DNA from: Casimicrobium sp. | GTDB lineage: Bacteria > Pseudomonadota > Gammaproteobacteria > Burkholderiales > Casimicrobiaceae | Direction of reading: 5' to 3' | NCBI GenBank assembly: GCA_040079845.1 | Contig: JBEBJR010000001.1 | Coordinates: 128,386-192,385 of the forward strand | Length of the DNA: 64,000 bases | In this document: piece by piece, positions 26,389 to 36,293 of the stretch | Position numbering within the stretch: the stretch's first letter is position 1 | How the letters are laid out: the number at the start of each line of letters is the position of its first letter | The notes under the pieces: generated by a model | The model's database searches: none | What the model was told of the DNA's origin: nothing | What the model saw: the letters and a program-made list of their open reading frames with translations, nothing else | Program-made: the position numbers and the translations under genes

Positions 26389-28542
26389 CTAGCCACGCTC
26401 CCAAGCGTGAAACTTTGCCACCCATTCGAGTAGCTTGGTCGGTTGATGGTTCCGCTTCCAGACCCCGGCGGCGTATTTATTCGCTTCGCCGAGTGTGGGA
26501 TACGTGTGGATAGTGCCGAGAATTTTGTTGAGTCCAAGGCCATGCTTCATCGCGCTCACGTATTCGACAAGAATGTCGCCGCTGTGGTCACCCACAATCG
26601 TTGCGCCAAGAATCGTGTCTTTCCCCGGCACCGTGATGACCTTCACAAAGCCATGCGCCTCGCTGTCGGCAATCGCGCGATCAAGATCGTCGAGGCCGTA
26701 CACCGTCACCTCGTGCGGAATATTTTTTTCTTTGGCTTCGCTCTCCGACAAACCCACACGCGCCACCTCTGGGTCCGTAAACGTCGCCCACGGAATCACG
26801 CGGTAGTCCGCCTTGAATTTCTTGAAGCGACCGAAGAGGGCGTTTACGGCGGCGTACCACGCCTGATGCGCGGCGGTGTGCGTGAACTGGAATGGACCCG
26901 CGACATCGCCGCACGCAAAAATGTTCGGGTAAAGCGTTTGTAGATATTCGTTGGTCTCGACGGTTTTGTTTGGACGCGTGGGAATACCCAATTCTTCAAG
27001 CCCAAATCCGGTCACGTTCGCAGTACGACCAACGGCCACCAAAATCTCATCGAACGGTATGCGCACCTCAGCGCCATTCTGCTCACACACGAGCACTTTC
27101 TCGCCGTTTTCGACCAGCACCTGTTTGGCTTTATGGCCCGTCAGTACCGATACGCCGTCCTTCTGCAAAGACTTCGTAACCAGAGCAGATACCTCTGGGT
27201 CTTCGCGAATAAGAATGCGAGGAAGCATTTCCACTTGCGATACGTTGGAGCCGAAACGCGCAAAACACTGCGTCAATTCCGAACCAATCGGCCCGCCGCC
27301 GAGCACGACTAAACGCTTCGGAAGTTCGCGCAAATTCCAGACGGTGTCGCTGGTCAAAAACCCCGCATCTGCCAAGCCGGGAATTGGCGGTACGAATGGG
27401 CGAGCACCGGTTGCGATGACGATGTTTTTCGCAGTCAACGTCTGCTTTGATCCGTCAGCGCTGGTCACCTCCACGGCCCACGGTGACACGATGCGTGCGC
27501 TACCGGTCAAGCACTCCACGCCAAGGCCGGTGTAGCGTTCAATCGAGTCGTGCGGTTCGACCTCATGCACCACACGCTGCACACGTTGCATCACGTCGGC
27601 GAAGTTCCACTGCGCGGAGGCGCTGGTTAATCCAAATTCTTCGGCGCGCTTCATATGCGACAACAATTTCGCGGTGCGAATGAGCGCTTTGGACGGCACG
27701 CAGCCGGTGTTCAGGCAATCGCCGCCCATTTTGTGTTTTTCGATGAGCGTCACTTTCGCTTTCACGGCGGCGGCAATGTAACTTGTAACCAAACCGGCAG
27801 AACCCGCGCCAATGACGATGACGTTTCGGTCGAAAGATTTAGGTTTTACGCTGGAGAAGCGGGCGTATACCTTGCGGCCATTCAACCAATCAAGCGCCTT
27901 TTTCGCGATGATCGGAAATATTCCAAGCAGCGCGAATGAACCCAGAATCGCTGGAGAGACAATTCCTTTGAGCGATGAAATTTGCGCGAGCTGCGTCCCG
28001 GCGTTAACGAACACAGCGGTGCCCGCGAGCATGCCCAATTGGCTGACCCAATAAAACGGCCAGGTTTTGAGGGTCGTAAGGCCCATCACTAGATTGACCA
28101 CAAAAAACGGAAATAACGGAACAAGCCTCAGTGCGAACAAATAAAACGGACCGTCCTTGGCCACACCGTCGTTTATCGGCTTTAAGCGATCGCCAAATTT
28201 GCTTTGTACCCAATCGCGCAGCAAAAAACGTGACGACAAAAACGCCAGCGTCGCACCGATACTCGACGCGAAAGACACAATGATCAGCCCCTTGCTGAAA
28301 CCGAATATCGCCCCACCCACCAGCGTCAATATTGCCGCGCCGGGCAACGACAGCGCCGCGACCGCAACATACACCGCGAAAAACGCAATCGCGCTCTGCC
28401 AAGGGTTCGAGGCCACGTACGCGCTTAGCGATGCTTGTTGCGCCTTAAAGCCGTCAAGCGTCAACAGCTTAGCGAGATCAAAGTAGAAAAACGCGCCAAT
28501 CGCCCCGGCAATCAGTATCAGCAATGCAATTTTTGATTTCAT
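26389..28542 (-). CDS. Fusion protein: DedA/TVP38 (SNARE-associated) membrane domain + class I pyridine-nucleotide disulfide oxidoreductase
   Basis: 717 aa. The first ~230 aa are multi-TM. These are followed by VIVIGAGSAGL, the redox-active GGDCLNTGCVPSK, and a C-terminal dimerisation domain (HTYPTLGE). Confidence 0.82.
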   Translation of the reverse strand: MKSKIALLILIAGAIGAFFYFDLAKLLTLDGFKAQQASLSAYVASNPWQSAIAFFAVYVAVAALSLPGAAILTLVGGAIFGFSKGLIIVSFASSIGATLAFLSSRFLLRDWVQSKFGDRLKPINDGVAKDGPFYLFALRLVPLFPFFVVNLVMGLTTLKTWPFYWVSQLGMLAGTAVFVNAGTQLAQISSLKGIVSPAILGSFALLGIFPIIAKKALDWLNGRKVYARFSSVKPKSFDRNVIVIGAGSAGLVTSYIAAAVKAKVTLIEKHKMGGDCLNTGCVPSKALIRTAKLLSHMKRAEEFGLTSASAQWNFADVMQRVQRVVHEVEPHDSIERYTGLGVECLTGSARIVSPWAVEVTSADGSKQTLTAKNIVIATGARPFVPPIPGLADAGFLTSDTVWNLRELPKRLVVLGGGPIGSELTQCFARFGSNVSQVEMLPRILIREDPEVSALVTKSLQKDGVSVLTGHKAKQVLVENGEKVLVCEQNGAEVRIPFDEILVAVGRTANVTGFGLEELGIPTRPNKTVETNEYLQTLYPNIFACGDVAGPFQFTHTAAHQAWYAAVNALFGRFKKFKADYRVIPWATFTDPEVARVGLSESEAKEKNIPHEVTVYGLDDLDRAIADSEAHGFVKVITVPGKDTILGATIVGDHSGDILVEYVSAMKHGLGLNKILGTIHTYPTLGEANKYAAGVWKRNHQPTKLLEWVAKFHAWERG

Positions 28543-28759
28543 ATGCGCTTTATTTTTTTGTTGCGACGCGGAAAATAGCCCATAGAGTTATTTACGCAAT
28601 ATCGAGAAATATGGTTTTAGCGCTTTGTCGCGCTCCGTGCGTTTGCCCTTACAACGGGCGCAGTCATCTGTCGGGATGTCGAATGCGATTGAAGCCCTGC
28701 GGGTCGGCGAATCCCTGTGCTACCCTCGCTTCATTAGATTCACTATTTTTTACTGCTAG

Positions 28760-30196
28760 ATGTCTGCCTCCCTCGCTACCGCCCAATCGCTTCTTCTCAC
28801 ACCCGCCAACCTCTCACTTGATCAACTGTCCAGTACGCTGGGCGGCCTGACCGCGCGCGGCGTTGAGTTTGCTGATTTGTACTTCGAGCACCACAAATCG
28901 GAGAGCTGGTCACTAGAAGAAAGCATCGTCAAAAGCGGTAGTTTCTCGATTTCGTCGGGCGTTGGCGTTCGCGCGATCAGCGGCGAGCAGACGGCATTTG
29001 CCTATTCGGGCGACATCGGTGCGCATTCCATCGCCGAAGCTGCCAACACGGTCGCTGCGATTGGACGGGCAGGGCAGAGCGCATCGATCGCGATTAAAGG
29101 CAATGCGCGAGCACCGTCGCTCTATACGGCTGCCGACCCGCTAGCGTCAATCAGTGACGACGCCAAAATTGCGCTGCTTCGTGAAACGGAACGCATCGCA
29201 CGCGCCCGCGACCCGCGCGTGACGCAAGTGATGGTTAATCTCGCGTGTGAACACGTGGTGATGCTCGTGATGCGTACTGATGGTGTCGTCGCCGCGGACG
29301 TTCGGCCATTGTGCCGATTGAATGTGACCGCGATCGTTGAGGCGAATGGCAAGCGTGAGCAGGGCCGCTCGGGCGGTGGTGGTCGGTACGGGTTCGAGAA
29401 ATTTGATGCGGCTTTCATTACGAAACGCGCCAATGAAGCGGTTGACATGGCGCTAGTGAACTTGGACGCACGTCCCGCACCTGCGGGCATCATGCCGGTC
29501 GTCTGCGGCCCCGGTTGGCCGGGCGTATTGCTGCACGAAGCGATTGGCCACGGCTTGGAAGGCGACTTCAATCGCAAAGGTTCGTCGGCGTTCACCGGGC
29601 GTATTGGCGAGCGCGTCGCCGCGAAAGGCGTGACGGTCCTGGATGACGGCACATTGAAGGATCGGCGAGGTTCGCTGACGGTAGATGATGAAGGCACGCC
29701 CACCAACGCCACCGTTCTGATCGAGGACGGAATCCTCAAGGGATACATGCAAGACACGATGAACGCCCGCCTAATGGGGGCCGCGCCCACGGGCAACGGT
29801 CGCCGCGAAAGCTATGCGCACTTGCCTATGCCGCGTATGACTAATACCTACATGCTCGGTGGCGACCGCGACCCGCAGGAAATTATCGCGAGTGTCGAAA
29901 ACGGTATTTACGCCGTGAATTTCGGCGGCGGTCAGGTAGACATCACCAACGGCAAATTCGTCTTCACCATGGACGAAGCGTGGAAGATCGAAAACGGCAA
30001 GCTGATGTATCCGGTGAAGGGCGCCACGCTCATCGGCAACGGACCGGACGCGCTTACCAAAGTCACCATGATCGGCAACGACATGGCGCTGGATGAAGGC
30101 ATCGGCGTGTGCGGCAAAGAGGGCCAGAGCGTGCCTGTGGGCATCGGCCAGCCAACGCTGAGGATTGAGGGGCTGACTGTGGGTGGCACGGCTTAG
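28760..30196 (+). CDS. tldD: Metalloprotease TldD
   Basis: 478 aa with HEAIGHGLEGD and a C-terminal GGTA tail typical of TldD. Confidence 0.9.
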   Translation: MSASLATAQSLLLTPANLSLDQLSSTLGGLTARGVEFADLYFEHHKSESWSLEESIVKSGSFSISSGVGVRAISGEQTAFAYSGDIGAHSIAEAANTVAAIGRAGQSASIAIKGNARAPSLYTAADPLASISDDAKIALLRETERIARARDPRVTQVMVNLACEHVVMLVMRTDGVVAADVRPLCRLNVTAIVEANGKREQGRSGGGGRYGFEKFDAAFITKRANEAVDMALVNLDARPAPAGIMPVVCGPGWPGVLLHEAIGHGLEGDFNRKGSSAFTGRIGERVAAKGVTVLDDGTLKDRRGSLTVDDEGTPTNATVLIEDGILKGYMQDTMNARLMGAAPTGNGRRESYAHLPMPRMTNTYMLGGDRDPQEIIASVENGIYAVNFGGGQVDITNGKFVFTMDEAWKIENGKLMYPVKGATLIGNGPDALTKVTMIGNDMALDEGIGVCGKEGQSVPVGIGQPTLRIEGLTVGGTA

Positions 30197-30398
30197 CTCA
30201 GTATCGAGTGCTGCCGATGGTACGCGCTGCGTGTGCGTGAAGAGGTTGCGACTGGATTAGAACTAGATACATTAGTTGATGCGCACCAGCGTTTATTGTT
30301 GCCAAAACTGGGGCAGAAATCTCATGCCGTAGCATGCGATGGGATAATTCTGGTGGAATTTCTGTTCCGCCATCTTTATCTTTCCCCAATTTCCACAC

Positions 30399-32432
30399 AT
30401 GCATTTTTACGCGGTCGTCGCGCTGTCGGCATTTCTTCTCTTTCTCGTTCAGCCGTTGATCGCCAAGCAAATCCTGCCGTGGTTTGGTGGCAGCTCGGCC
30501 GTGTGGACCACGTGCATGCTGTTCTTTCAGGGCGCGCTGCTGCTGGGCTACGCGTACTCTGACGTGACGCCACGATTCTTTGGGCCAAAGCGACAGCCGC
30601 GCGTTCACATTGTGTTGGGGCTGCTGGCACTGTTGACGTTGCCGATCATCGCGCCGGAGAGCTGGAAGCCTACGGGCGGCGAGGAGCCGGTGTCGCGGAT
30701 TTTGATGTTGCTGGCGGTGACGATCGGCTTGCCGTACGTGCTGATTTCCACGACGAGCCCGCTGATCCAGAGTTACTTCGCGCGACTCAATCCGGGGCGT
30801 GATCCTTATCGATTGTTTGCGCTATCGAACGCGGCGTCGCTCACGGCGTTGGTCGCGTATCCGTTGGTGATTGAGCCGTTCGTGGGTACGCGCGTGCAGG
30901 CGTACGGCTGGTCTGCGTTGTTCGCGGTGTTTGTGTTGCTGCTCGCGGCGTTGGCATGGCGCGTGAGCCGCACGGAGACGGTATCGGTCGATGTCGGCGA
31001 AGCCGCGCCGGCGGTGGAGGTTTCGGCGAGCCAACAATTACGTTGGATCGCGTGGTCGGCGGCGGGCTCGATGTTGCTGCTCGCGGTGTCGAATCACATC
31101 ACTCAGAACGTGGCGAGCGTGCCGCTCTTATGGGTGCTGCCGTTGACGCTTTACTTGTTGACGTTCATTCTCACGTTCGACGGCACGGGCTGGTATCGGC
31201 GTGGCCGCTACTTTGCGCCGTTTGTGATCGCCATCGGCTTGATGTGTTTCTTGTTGCTGAGTTCGCAGTTTCAGTTCGATCTCGTTGTGCAAACGAGTGT
31301 GTTCTGTGCGGGATTGTTCGTGGTGTGCATGGTGTGTCACGGCGAGCTCGTGCTCGCGAAGCCCGCGCCGGCGCAGCTCACGCGGTTTTATTTGTTGGTG
31401 TCGATTGGTGGTGCGTTGGGTGCGTTACTCGTTAGCGTGGTCGCGCCATTGGTATTTACGACGTATCTGGAGACCGCTGTTGCGCTGTTGTTCGCGGCGG
31501 TTCTGTATGTGCCCGTCGCGCGTGCGTTGCGGCCGTGGTTGCGTTGGCTGGCGGTGGCGCTCGCGCTGGGCGTGATCGGTACAGGCGCCTGGTCGGTGCG
31601 CGACGAACATAAAAACACGTTGGAACTTTCGCGCAATTTTTACGGCGTGTTGAAGGTCAAGGCGTATGACGAGCGTGATAGCGAAAATTACCTCGTGCGC
31701 CTCGTTCACGGCGCGATCTTGCATGGCGAGCAATATCCGCATGAGAAGTGGCGCAAAGAGCCGACGACCTACTACACGCCGACGTCGGGCTTTGGACGCG
31801 CGGTTAACCTGCAGCGCGAGCTTGCGCCGCGCAGCAACAACACGCAGCGTATCGGCATGATTGGGCTCGGAGTGGGCACAGTCGCGGCGTATTGCCGTGA
31901 AGGCGATATTTGTCGTATCTACGAAATCAACGTGGAAGTGGAGCGCTTGGCGCGCAAGTACTTCAGCTATCTATCGGATAGCCGGGCGAAGCTTGATGTC
32001 GTGATCGGGGATGCGCGTTTGTCGCTTGAGCGCGAGGCGAGCAACCAGTTCAATGTGCTCGCGGTGGATGCGTTTTCTGGGGACTCCATTCCGATGCACT
32101 TGATCACGCGCGAAGCGGTGGCGGCGTTCGTGAAGCAAGTGCAACGCGATGGCATCGTGGCGTTTCACGTTTCAAACCGGTTCCTTGAATTGCCACCTGT
32201 ACTTGCAGAAATCGCAGCGAAAGAGGGCCTAGCCGGAGTGGTCGTGGAAGACCCGTCACAATCGAACAACAGCCTGCATTCGGCGAGCACATGGGTGCTA
32301 CTGGCGCGTTCAGCCGACGTGTTCAAGTCGATGGACGCCGCAACGGCGAAACCGCTAGAGCGCACGCCCGGCGCGCCGCTGTGGACGGATGACTTCAATA
32401 ACTTGTTGTCTGTGGTGAAGTGGAAGCGCTAA
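30399..32432 (+). CDS. Fused polytopic membrane domain + spermidine synthase-like (class I MTase fold) protein
   Basis: 677 aa. The first ~400 aa are multi-TM. The C-terminus has IGLGVGT ... AVDAFSGDSIPMHL. Confidence 0.75.
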   Translation: MHFYAVVALSAFLLFLVQPLIAKQILPWFGGSSAVWTTCMLFFQGALLLGYAYSDVTPRFFGPKRQPRVHIVLGLLALLTLPIIAPESWKPTGGEEPVSRILMLLAVTIGLPYVLISTTSPLIQSYFARLNPGRDPYRLFALSNAASLTALVAYPLVIEPFVGTRVQAYGWSALFAVFVLLLAALAWRVSRTETVSVDVGEAAPAVEVSASQQLRWIAWSAAGSMLLLAVSNHITQNVASVPLLWVLPLTLYLLTFILTFDGTGWYRRGRYFAPFVIAIGLMCFLLLSSQFQFDLVVQTSVFCAGLFVVCMVCHGELVLAKPAPAQLTRFYLLVSIGGALGALLVSVVAPLVFTTYLETAVALLFAAVLYVPVARALRPWLRWLAVALALGVIGTGAWSVRDEHKNTLELSRNFYGVLKVKAYDERDSENYLVRLVHGAILHGEQYPHEKWRKEPTTYYTPTSGFGRAVNLQRELAPRSNNTQRIGMIGLGVGTVAAYCREGDICRIYEINVEVERLARKYFSYLSDSRAKLDVVIGDARLSLEREASNQFNVLAVDAFSGDSIPMHLITREAVAAFVKQVQRDGIVAFHVSNRFLELPPVLAEIAAKEGLAGVVVEDPSQSNNSLHSASTWVLLARSADVFKSMDAATAKPLERTPGAPLWTDDFNNLLSVVKWKR

Positions 32433-33151
32433 GACGGGTTCGCTGCCAAGCTCGCGTCCACAGCGCGGCGCTCGTCGAATACGAAGCAATCGCCGGTGTA
32501 GTGATCGCGGCCAATTTGCTCGAAGTAGCGCAAGATGCCGCCCTCGAGTTGGTACACGTTCTTAACGCCCAGCCCTTGTAAAAACGGCGCAGCTTTTTCG
32601 CAGCGAATGCCGCCGGTGCAAAAACTTACGACGGTTTTGTCACGCAAGTCGTCGAGCTTGTTGTGCGCCATTTCGCCAAACTCAGTGAAGTTGGTGTTGC
32701 CCCAGAAAAGCGCGTTGTTGAACGTGCCTTTGGCGACTTCGACATCGTTTCGCGTGTCAAGCAAAACGAGCTGCTCGCCCGCATCCAAACGGCGTTTTAG
32801 TTCCGCTGGCGTCATGAACGGGGCCGGTGCCTTCACGGGATCAACGTTGGCTTGCCGGAAAGTCACAATCTCGGGTTTAATTTTGATCTTCATGCGCTTA
32901 AACGGCACCGTCTCGCTCCAACTCTCTTTGATGTCGAGCCCCGCGAAACGTGGGTCGTCGTCAAGAATCGCCAGAAAGCTGCGCACGGTCGTCTCTGCGC
33001 CGGCGAGAAACATGTTGATGCCCTCGGGCGCGAGCAAAATCGTGCCCTTTACGCCCAAGGCTTGTGCCTGCGGCAGGATCGAGGCTTTCAGTGCAGCGGG
33101 GTCGTCGATTCCAACAAATCGGTAGGTGGCGATGTTCAATATTCCGTTCAT
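32429..33151 (-). CDS. trhO: Rhodanese-domain UPF0176/TrhO-family protein (tRNA U34 hydroxylase-like), short form
   Basis: 240 aa with ILLAPEGINMFLAG and the rhodanese loop CTGGIRCEKA. Confidence 0.75.
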   Translation of the reverse strand: MNGILNIATYRFVGIDDPAALKASILPQAQALGVKGTILLAPEGINMFLAGAETTVRSFLAILDDDPRFAGLDIKESWSETVPFKRMKIKIKPEIVTFRQANVDPVKAPAPFMTPAELKRRLDAGEQLVLLDTRNDVEVAKGTFNNALFWGNTNFTEFGEMAHNKLDDLRDKTVVSFCTGGIRCEKAAPFLQGLGVKNVYQLEGGILRYFEQIGRDHYTGDCFVFDERRAVDASLAANPS

Positions 33152-33237
33152 CCGCCAATTTTAATGCCGCGTTGTAGCACTGCGTTTGATTGTTCAGTGA
33201 GCGATAATTGTTCAGACAAGTCGGAAGGATGAAGGCC

Positions 33238-33936
33238 ATGAACGGACACTGGATCGATATTGAGGCGAGCGACGGCGCGACGTTTGGGGCGTATGTCTCA
33301 ACGCCACCCAAAGGCACGGGCTCAGGCATCATCCTGATCCAAGAAATTTGGGGCGTGAATCAACACATTCGCGACGTCGCGGATCAATACGCGATGGATG
33401 GTTTTACGGTCTTTGCGCCGGACGTTTTCTTCCGTCAACAACCGCGCGTGGACCTCGGCTACAACGACGTGGACAACCCCAAGGCGTTTGGCTTCATGGG
33501 CGCGTTGGATCGTCCGTTAGCCGTTAAAGATTTGACGTGCGCTGCGCAGGCGCTACGCGCGCATGCGGACGTGAGCGGCAAGATCGCCAGCGTAGGCTTT
33601 TGTATGGGCGGCGCGTTGTCGTACGGCCTTGCGGCTGCCGGTGCGGTGGATGCAGCGGTGTGTTACTACGGCGGCGGCATCCAGACCATGCTGGATCGTG
33701 CGCCGAACATCACAGTGCCGATTTTGTTCCACTACGCCGAAAACGACGGCCACATTCCGATGAGCGCCGTCGATTCGGTGAAGGCTGCGTTCGCCGGGCG
33801 CGAAAATGCACGCGTCGATGTGTACGGCGGCGTCGACCACGGATTTAATTGCTGGGGGCGCACGATGTACAACCAAAAGGCAGCGGCACTGGCACGCGGC
33901 CGTACGCTGTCGTTTTTGTCGAAAACGATTGCTTGA
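33238..33936 (+). CDS. Dienelactone hydrolase-family protein (cytoplasmic)
   Basis: GFCMGG nucleophile elbow and a DHGF motif. Start placed at ATG 33238 (GGAAGGA 8 nt upstream). Confidence 0.8.
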   Translation: MNGHWIDIEASDGATFGAYVSTPPKGTGSGIILIQEIWGVNQHIRDVADQYAMDGFTVFAPDVFFRQQPRVDLGYNDVDNPKAFGFMGALDRPLAVKDLTCAAQALRAHADVSGKIASVGFCMGGALSYGLAAAGAVDAAVCYYGGGIQTMLDRAPNITVPILFHYAENDGHIPMSAVDSVKAAFAGRENARVDVYGGVDHGFNCWGRTMYNQKAAALARGRTLSFLSKTIA

Positions 33937-34177
33937 TACCGCAGACACTAATGTGCAAAGGCGTTCGCAGTTCGCGCCTTCGAAAATTACTAAATTAAAC
34001 TAAGGGGCACTTCTAGAAATTCATTTTTCGGGACGAAATGCAAGGCGCACGGCGCACAGCAACCGGAATGTACGCCCTGGTACATGAGGATTGCGAGCAC
34101 CGGGCAACGCCGCAGTTCGCCCGAACAATGAATTTATGGGAGTGCCCAAACGAATCACTGCGACAGGGGAGACCACC

Positions 34178-35314
34178 ATGACCTACGCGGCCATTACCGG
34201 ATGGGGCAAATGCATGCCCCCCGCCGTGCTCACAAACGCCGATTTGGCAACGTTTCTAGAGACCGACGACGAGTGGATTACGTCGCGCACCGGCATGAAA
34301 GAGCGCCGCATTTCGCACGTGAACGCGGTCGAGCTCGCGTACGTGGCTTCCAAGCGTGCGCTCGCGTGTGCGGGGTTGTTGCCGTCGGACATCGACCTTA
34401 TCGTTTACGGCTCATGCAGCTTCGACGAAATGGTGCCGAACTCGGCCTCCGCGCTGCAATACAAGCTCGCTGCGGGCAACGCGGCGTCGATGGACGTGAA
34501 CACCGCGTGCACGAGTTTTTTGTATAGCTGGACTACGGCCAACGCCATGATCAGAAGCGGCGTCGTGAAGCGCGCGTTGGTGGTGGGCGTTGAGCTTATC
34601 TCGCGCTACATGGATTGGGAAAATCGCGGCGTGGCGGTGCTCTTTGGTGACGGCTGCGCCGCAATCGTGATCGAAGCGACAGAAGAAAAAACAGGCTTGC
34701 TGGCAGAGTCGCTCGGCTGCATCAGCGACGCGCGTGGGATTTTGCGTATCGGTGGTTACGGCGCGACGTACGCCAACCGTAACGTCTCCTTCGGTGACAT
34801 GTCGTGGACATTCGACGGACCACAGATTTTCAAGAAAGCCGTGCAAGGCATGACCGACGCGAGCGCCAAAGCGTTGGTGAAAGCGGGCGTGACGGCTGAG
34901 GAAATTGATCTTGTCGTGCCGCACCAAGCGAACTCACGCATCATCGAATCGGTCGCGAAATACGCGGGCATCCCGATGAGCAAGGTCCAGCTCACAGTGC
35001 AGAAATACGGCAACATGAGCGCCGCGACAGTGCCGGTTGCGCTCGTCGAAGCATTAGAAGAAAACCGCATCAAACCACAGGCGAAACTACTGATGCCCGC
35101 GTTTGGCGCAGGCCTCACTGTGTGTTCGCACTACGCCGAATGGGGCGACCGCATCACGCCCAAAGACGTCAGCGACGTTGAGCTAGCGCCCTGCGACAAA
35201 ACCGCATTGGAACTCGTGAACGAAATTCGCGTCGCGAAGGACATTCACGGGCGAAGCGCCGCGGGGCTTGCGGCTGCGTATTACGTGGACAAGCAGCCTT
35301 ACGGGTCGCAGTAG
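34178..35314 (+). CDS. KAS III (FabH-like) condensing enzyme paralog with a ~55-aa C-terminal extension
   Basis: 378 aa. The Cys-His-Asn triad context is present (NTACTSF, VPHQANSRI, YGNMSAATVP). It is separate from the canonical fabH at 62475. Confidence 0.82.
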   Translation: MTYAAITGWGKCMPPAVLTNADLATFLETDDEWITSRTGMKERRISHVNAVELAYVASKRALACAGLLPSDIDLIVYGSCSFDEMVPNSASALQYKLAAGNAASMDVNTACTSFLYSWTTANAMIRSGVVKRALVVGVELISRYMDWENRGVAVLFGDGCAAIVIEATEEKTGLLAESLGCISDARGILRIGGYGATYANRNVSFGDMSWTFDGPQIFKKAVQGMTDASAKALVKAGVTAEEIDLVVPHQANSRIIESVAKYAGIPMSKVQLTVQKYGNMSAATVPVALVEALEENRIKPQAKLLMPAFGAGLTVCSHYAEWGDRITPKDVSDVELAPCDKTALELVNEIRVAKDIHGRSAAGLAAAYYVDKQPYGSQ

Positions 35315-35596
35315 CGTCCGTCTTTGTGTCAGCAGGCGGCCTGACGTCGAAATTTGTGTCAGGCCAGCGCAGTGTTGCGCTGCGTAGTTTGCCGCGAGTG
35401 AGCAGGTGCCTTTGGCCGCATCGTCGTTGATTTCGTGCCGATGAATTCGATGGAACGAACTGAGGTTTCAATCGCGCTGGACTCGCAGCGACCGTTAGGC
35501 GCCGACATCATGTAGCAGACCGTCAAGGCCCACAACCGCGACCCGGCGACATTTGATCTGTTGAGATGTGTTTGCGAATGTTGTATGATATGCATC

Positions 35597-36187
35597 ATGC
35601 GAAATACAGTAAACGCACGCGCTACTGCCAAAGACGCCTCGCACGACCGGATCGTCGATGCTGCTGCGCGCGCTATTCGACGCAGTGGCTATGACGGTAC
35701 GGGCGTGGCCGACATCATGAAAGAAGCCGGGCTGACGCATGGCGCCTTTTACGCTCACTTTGCGTCCCGTGACGCGATGCTGGCCGAGGCCGCTGATCGC
35801 GCTGGCGCAGACGCGAACGAGTTGGCGACCAGCGTTGTCGCCAGTGTTCCGCCGGAGCAAGCACTGCAATCCTTAATTGCCGCGTACCTCTCAAAGGCGC
35901 ATGTTGAGAGCATCGAAACAGGCTGCCCGACGTCGGCACTCTGCTCGGAGATGCCACGGCAATCGCCCGAGGTTCGGCGTGTCGCTACGCGCCGCGTCAA
36001 AGAGATGATTGATCTTGTCGCCCGTCAGATGCCCGACTGGGGGCAGCCCAGCGCACATGAGCGCGCACTCGTAACGGTGGCGACGATGGTGGGCACGGTG
36101 ACGCTCGCCCGCGCTGTTAATGATGGCGCATTGTCCGACGCGCTCTGTGCTGCTACTTTGAAGAGTCTGTCACCAACAACCTCGTAA
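35597..36187 (+). CDS. TetR-family transcriptional regulator
   Basis: 196 aa with the HTH TGVADIMKEAGLTHGAFYAHF. Confidence 0.85.
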   Translation: MRNTVNARATAKDASHDRIVDAAARAIRRSGYDGTGVADIMKEAGLTHGAFYAHFASRDAMLAEAADRAGADANELATSVVASVPPEQALQSLIAAYLSKAHVESIETGCPTSALCSEMPRQSPEVRRVATRRVKEMIDLVARQMPDWGQPSAHERALVTVATMVGTVTLARAVNDGALSDALCAATLKSLSPTTS

Positions 36188-36213
36188 GTGCATCCCTTTT
36201 TTTAACTGTAAGT

Positions 36214-36227
36214 ATGATGACCGTCAT
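36214..36227. promoter_or_regulatory. Imperfect palindrome ATGATGAC-CGTCAT (possible TetR operator)
   Basis: Shares the half-site TATGATGA with the perfect palindrome at 37336-37353. Lies between the TetR gene and the MDR gene. Confidence 0.3.
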
Positions 36228-36293
36228 GCGACCATCCCTAGCAACCTATGCCTCCGCGTTCAAATCCACGTTTACTGAAAAGCGAAAACAGTC

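Noticed and set aside
33990-34030. An 11-nt match (aattactaaat) between the AT-rich patch upstream of the fabH-like gene and the centre of element copy D (about 49050).
   Set aside because: It is too short and AT-rich to distinguish from chance, and no flanking arm homology is visible.
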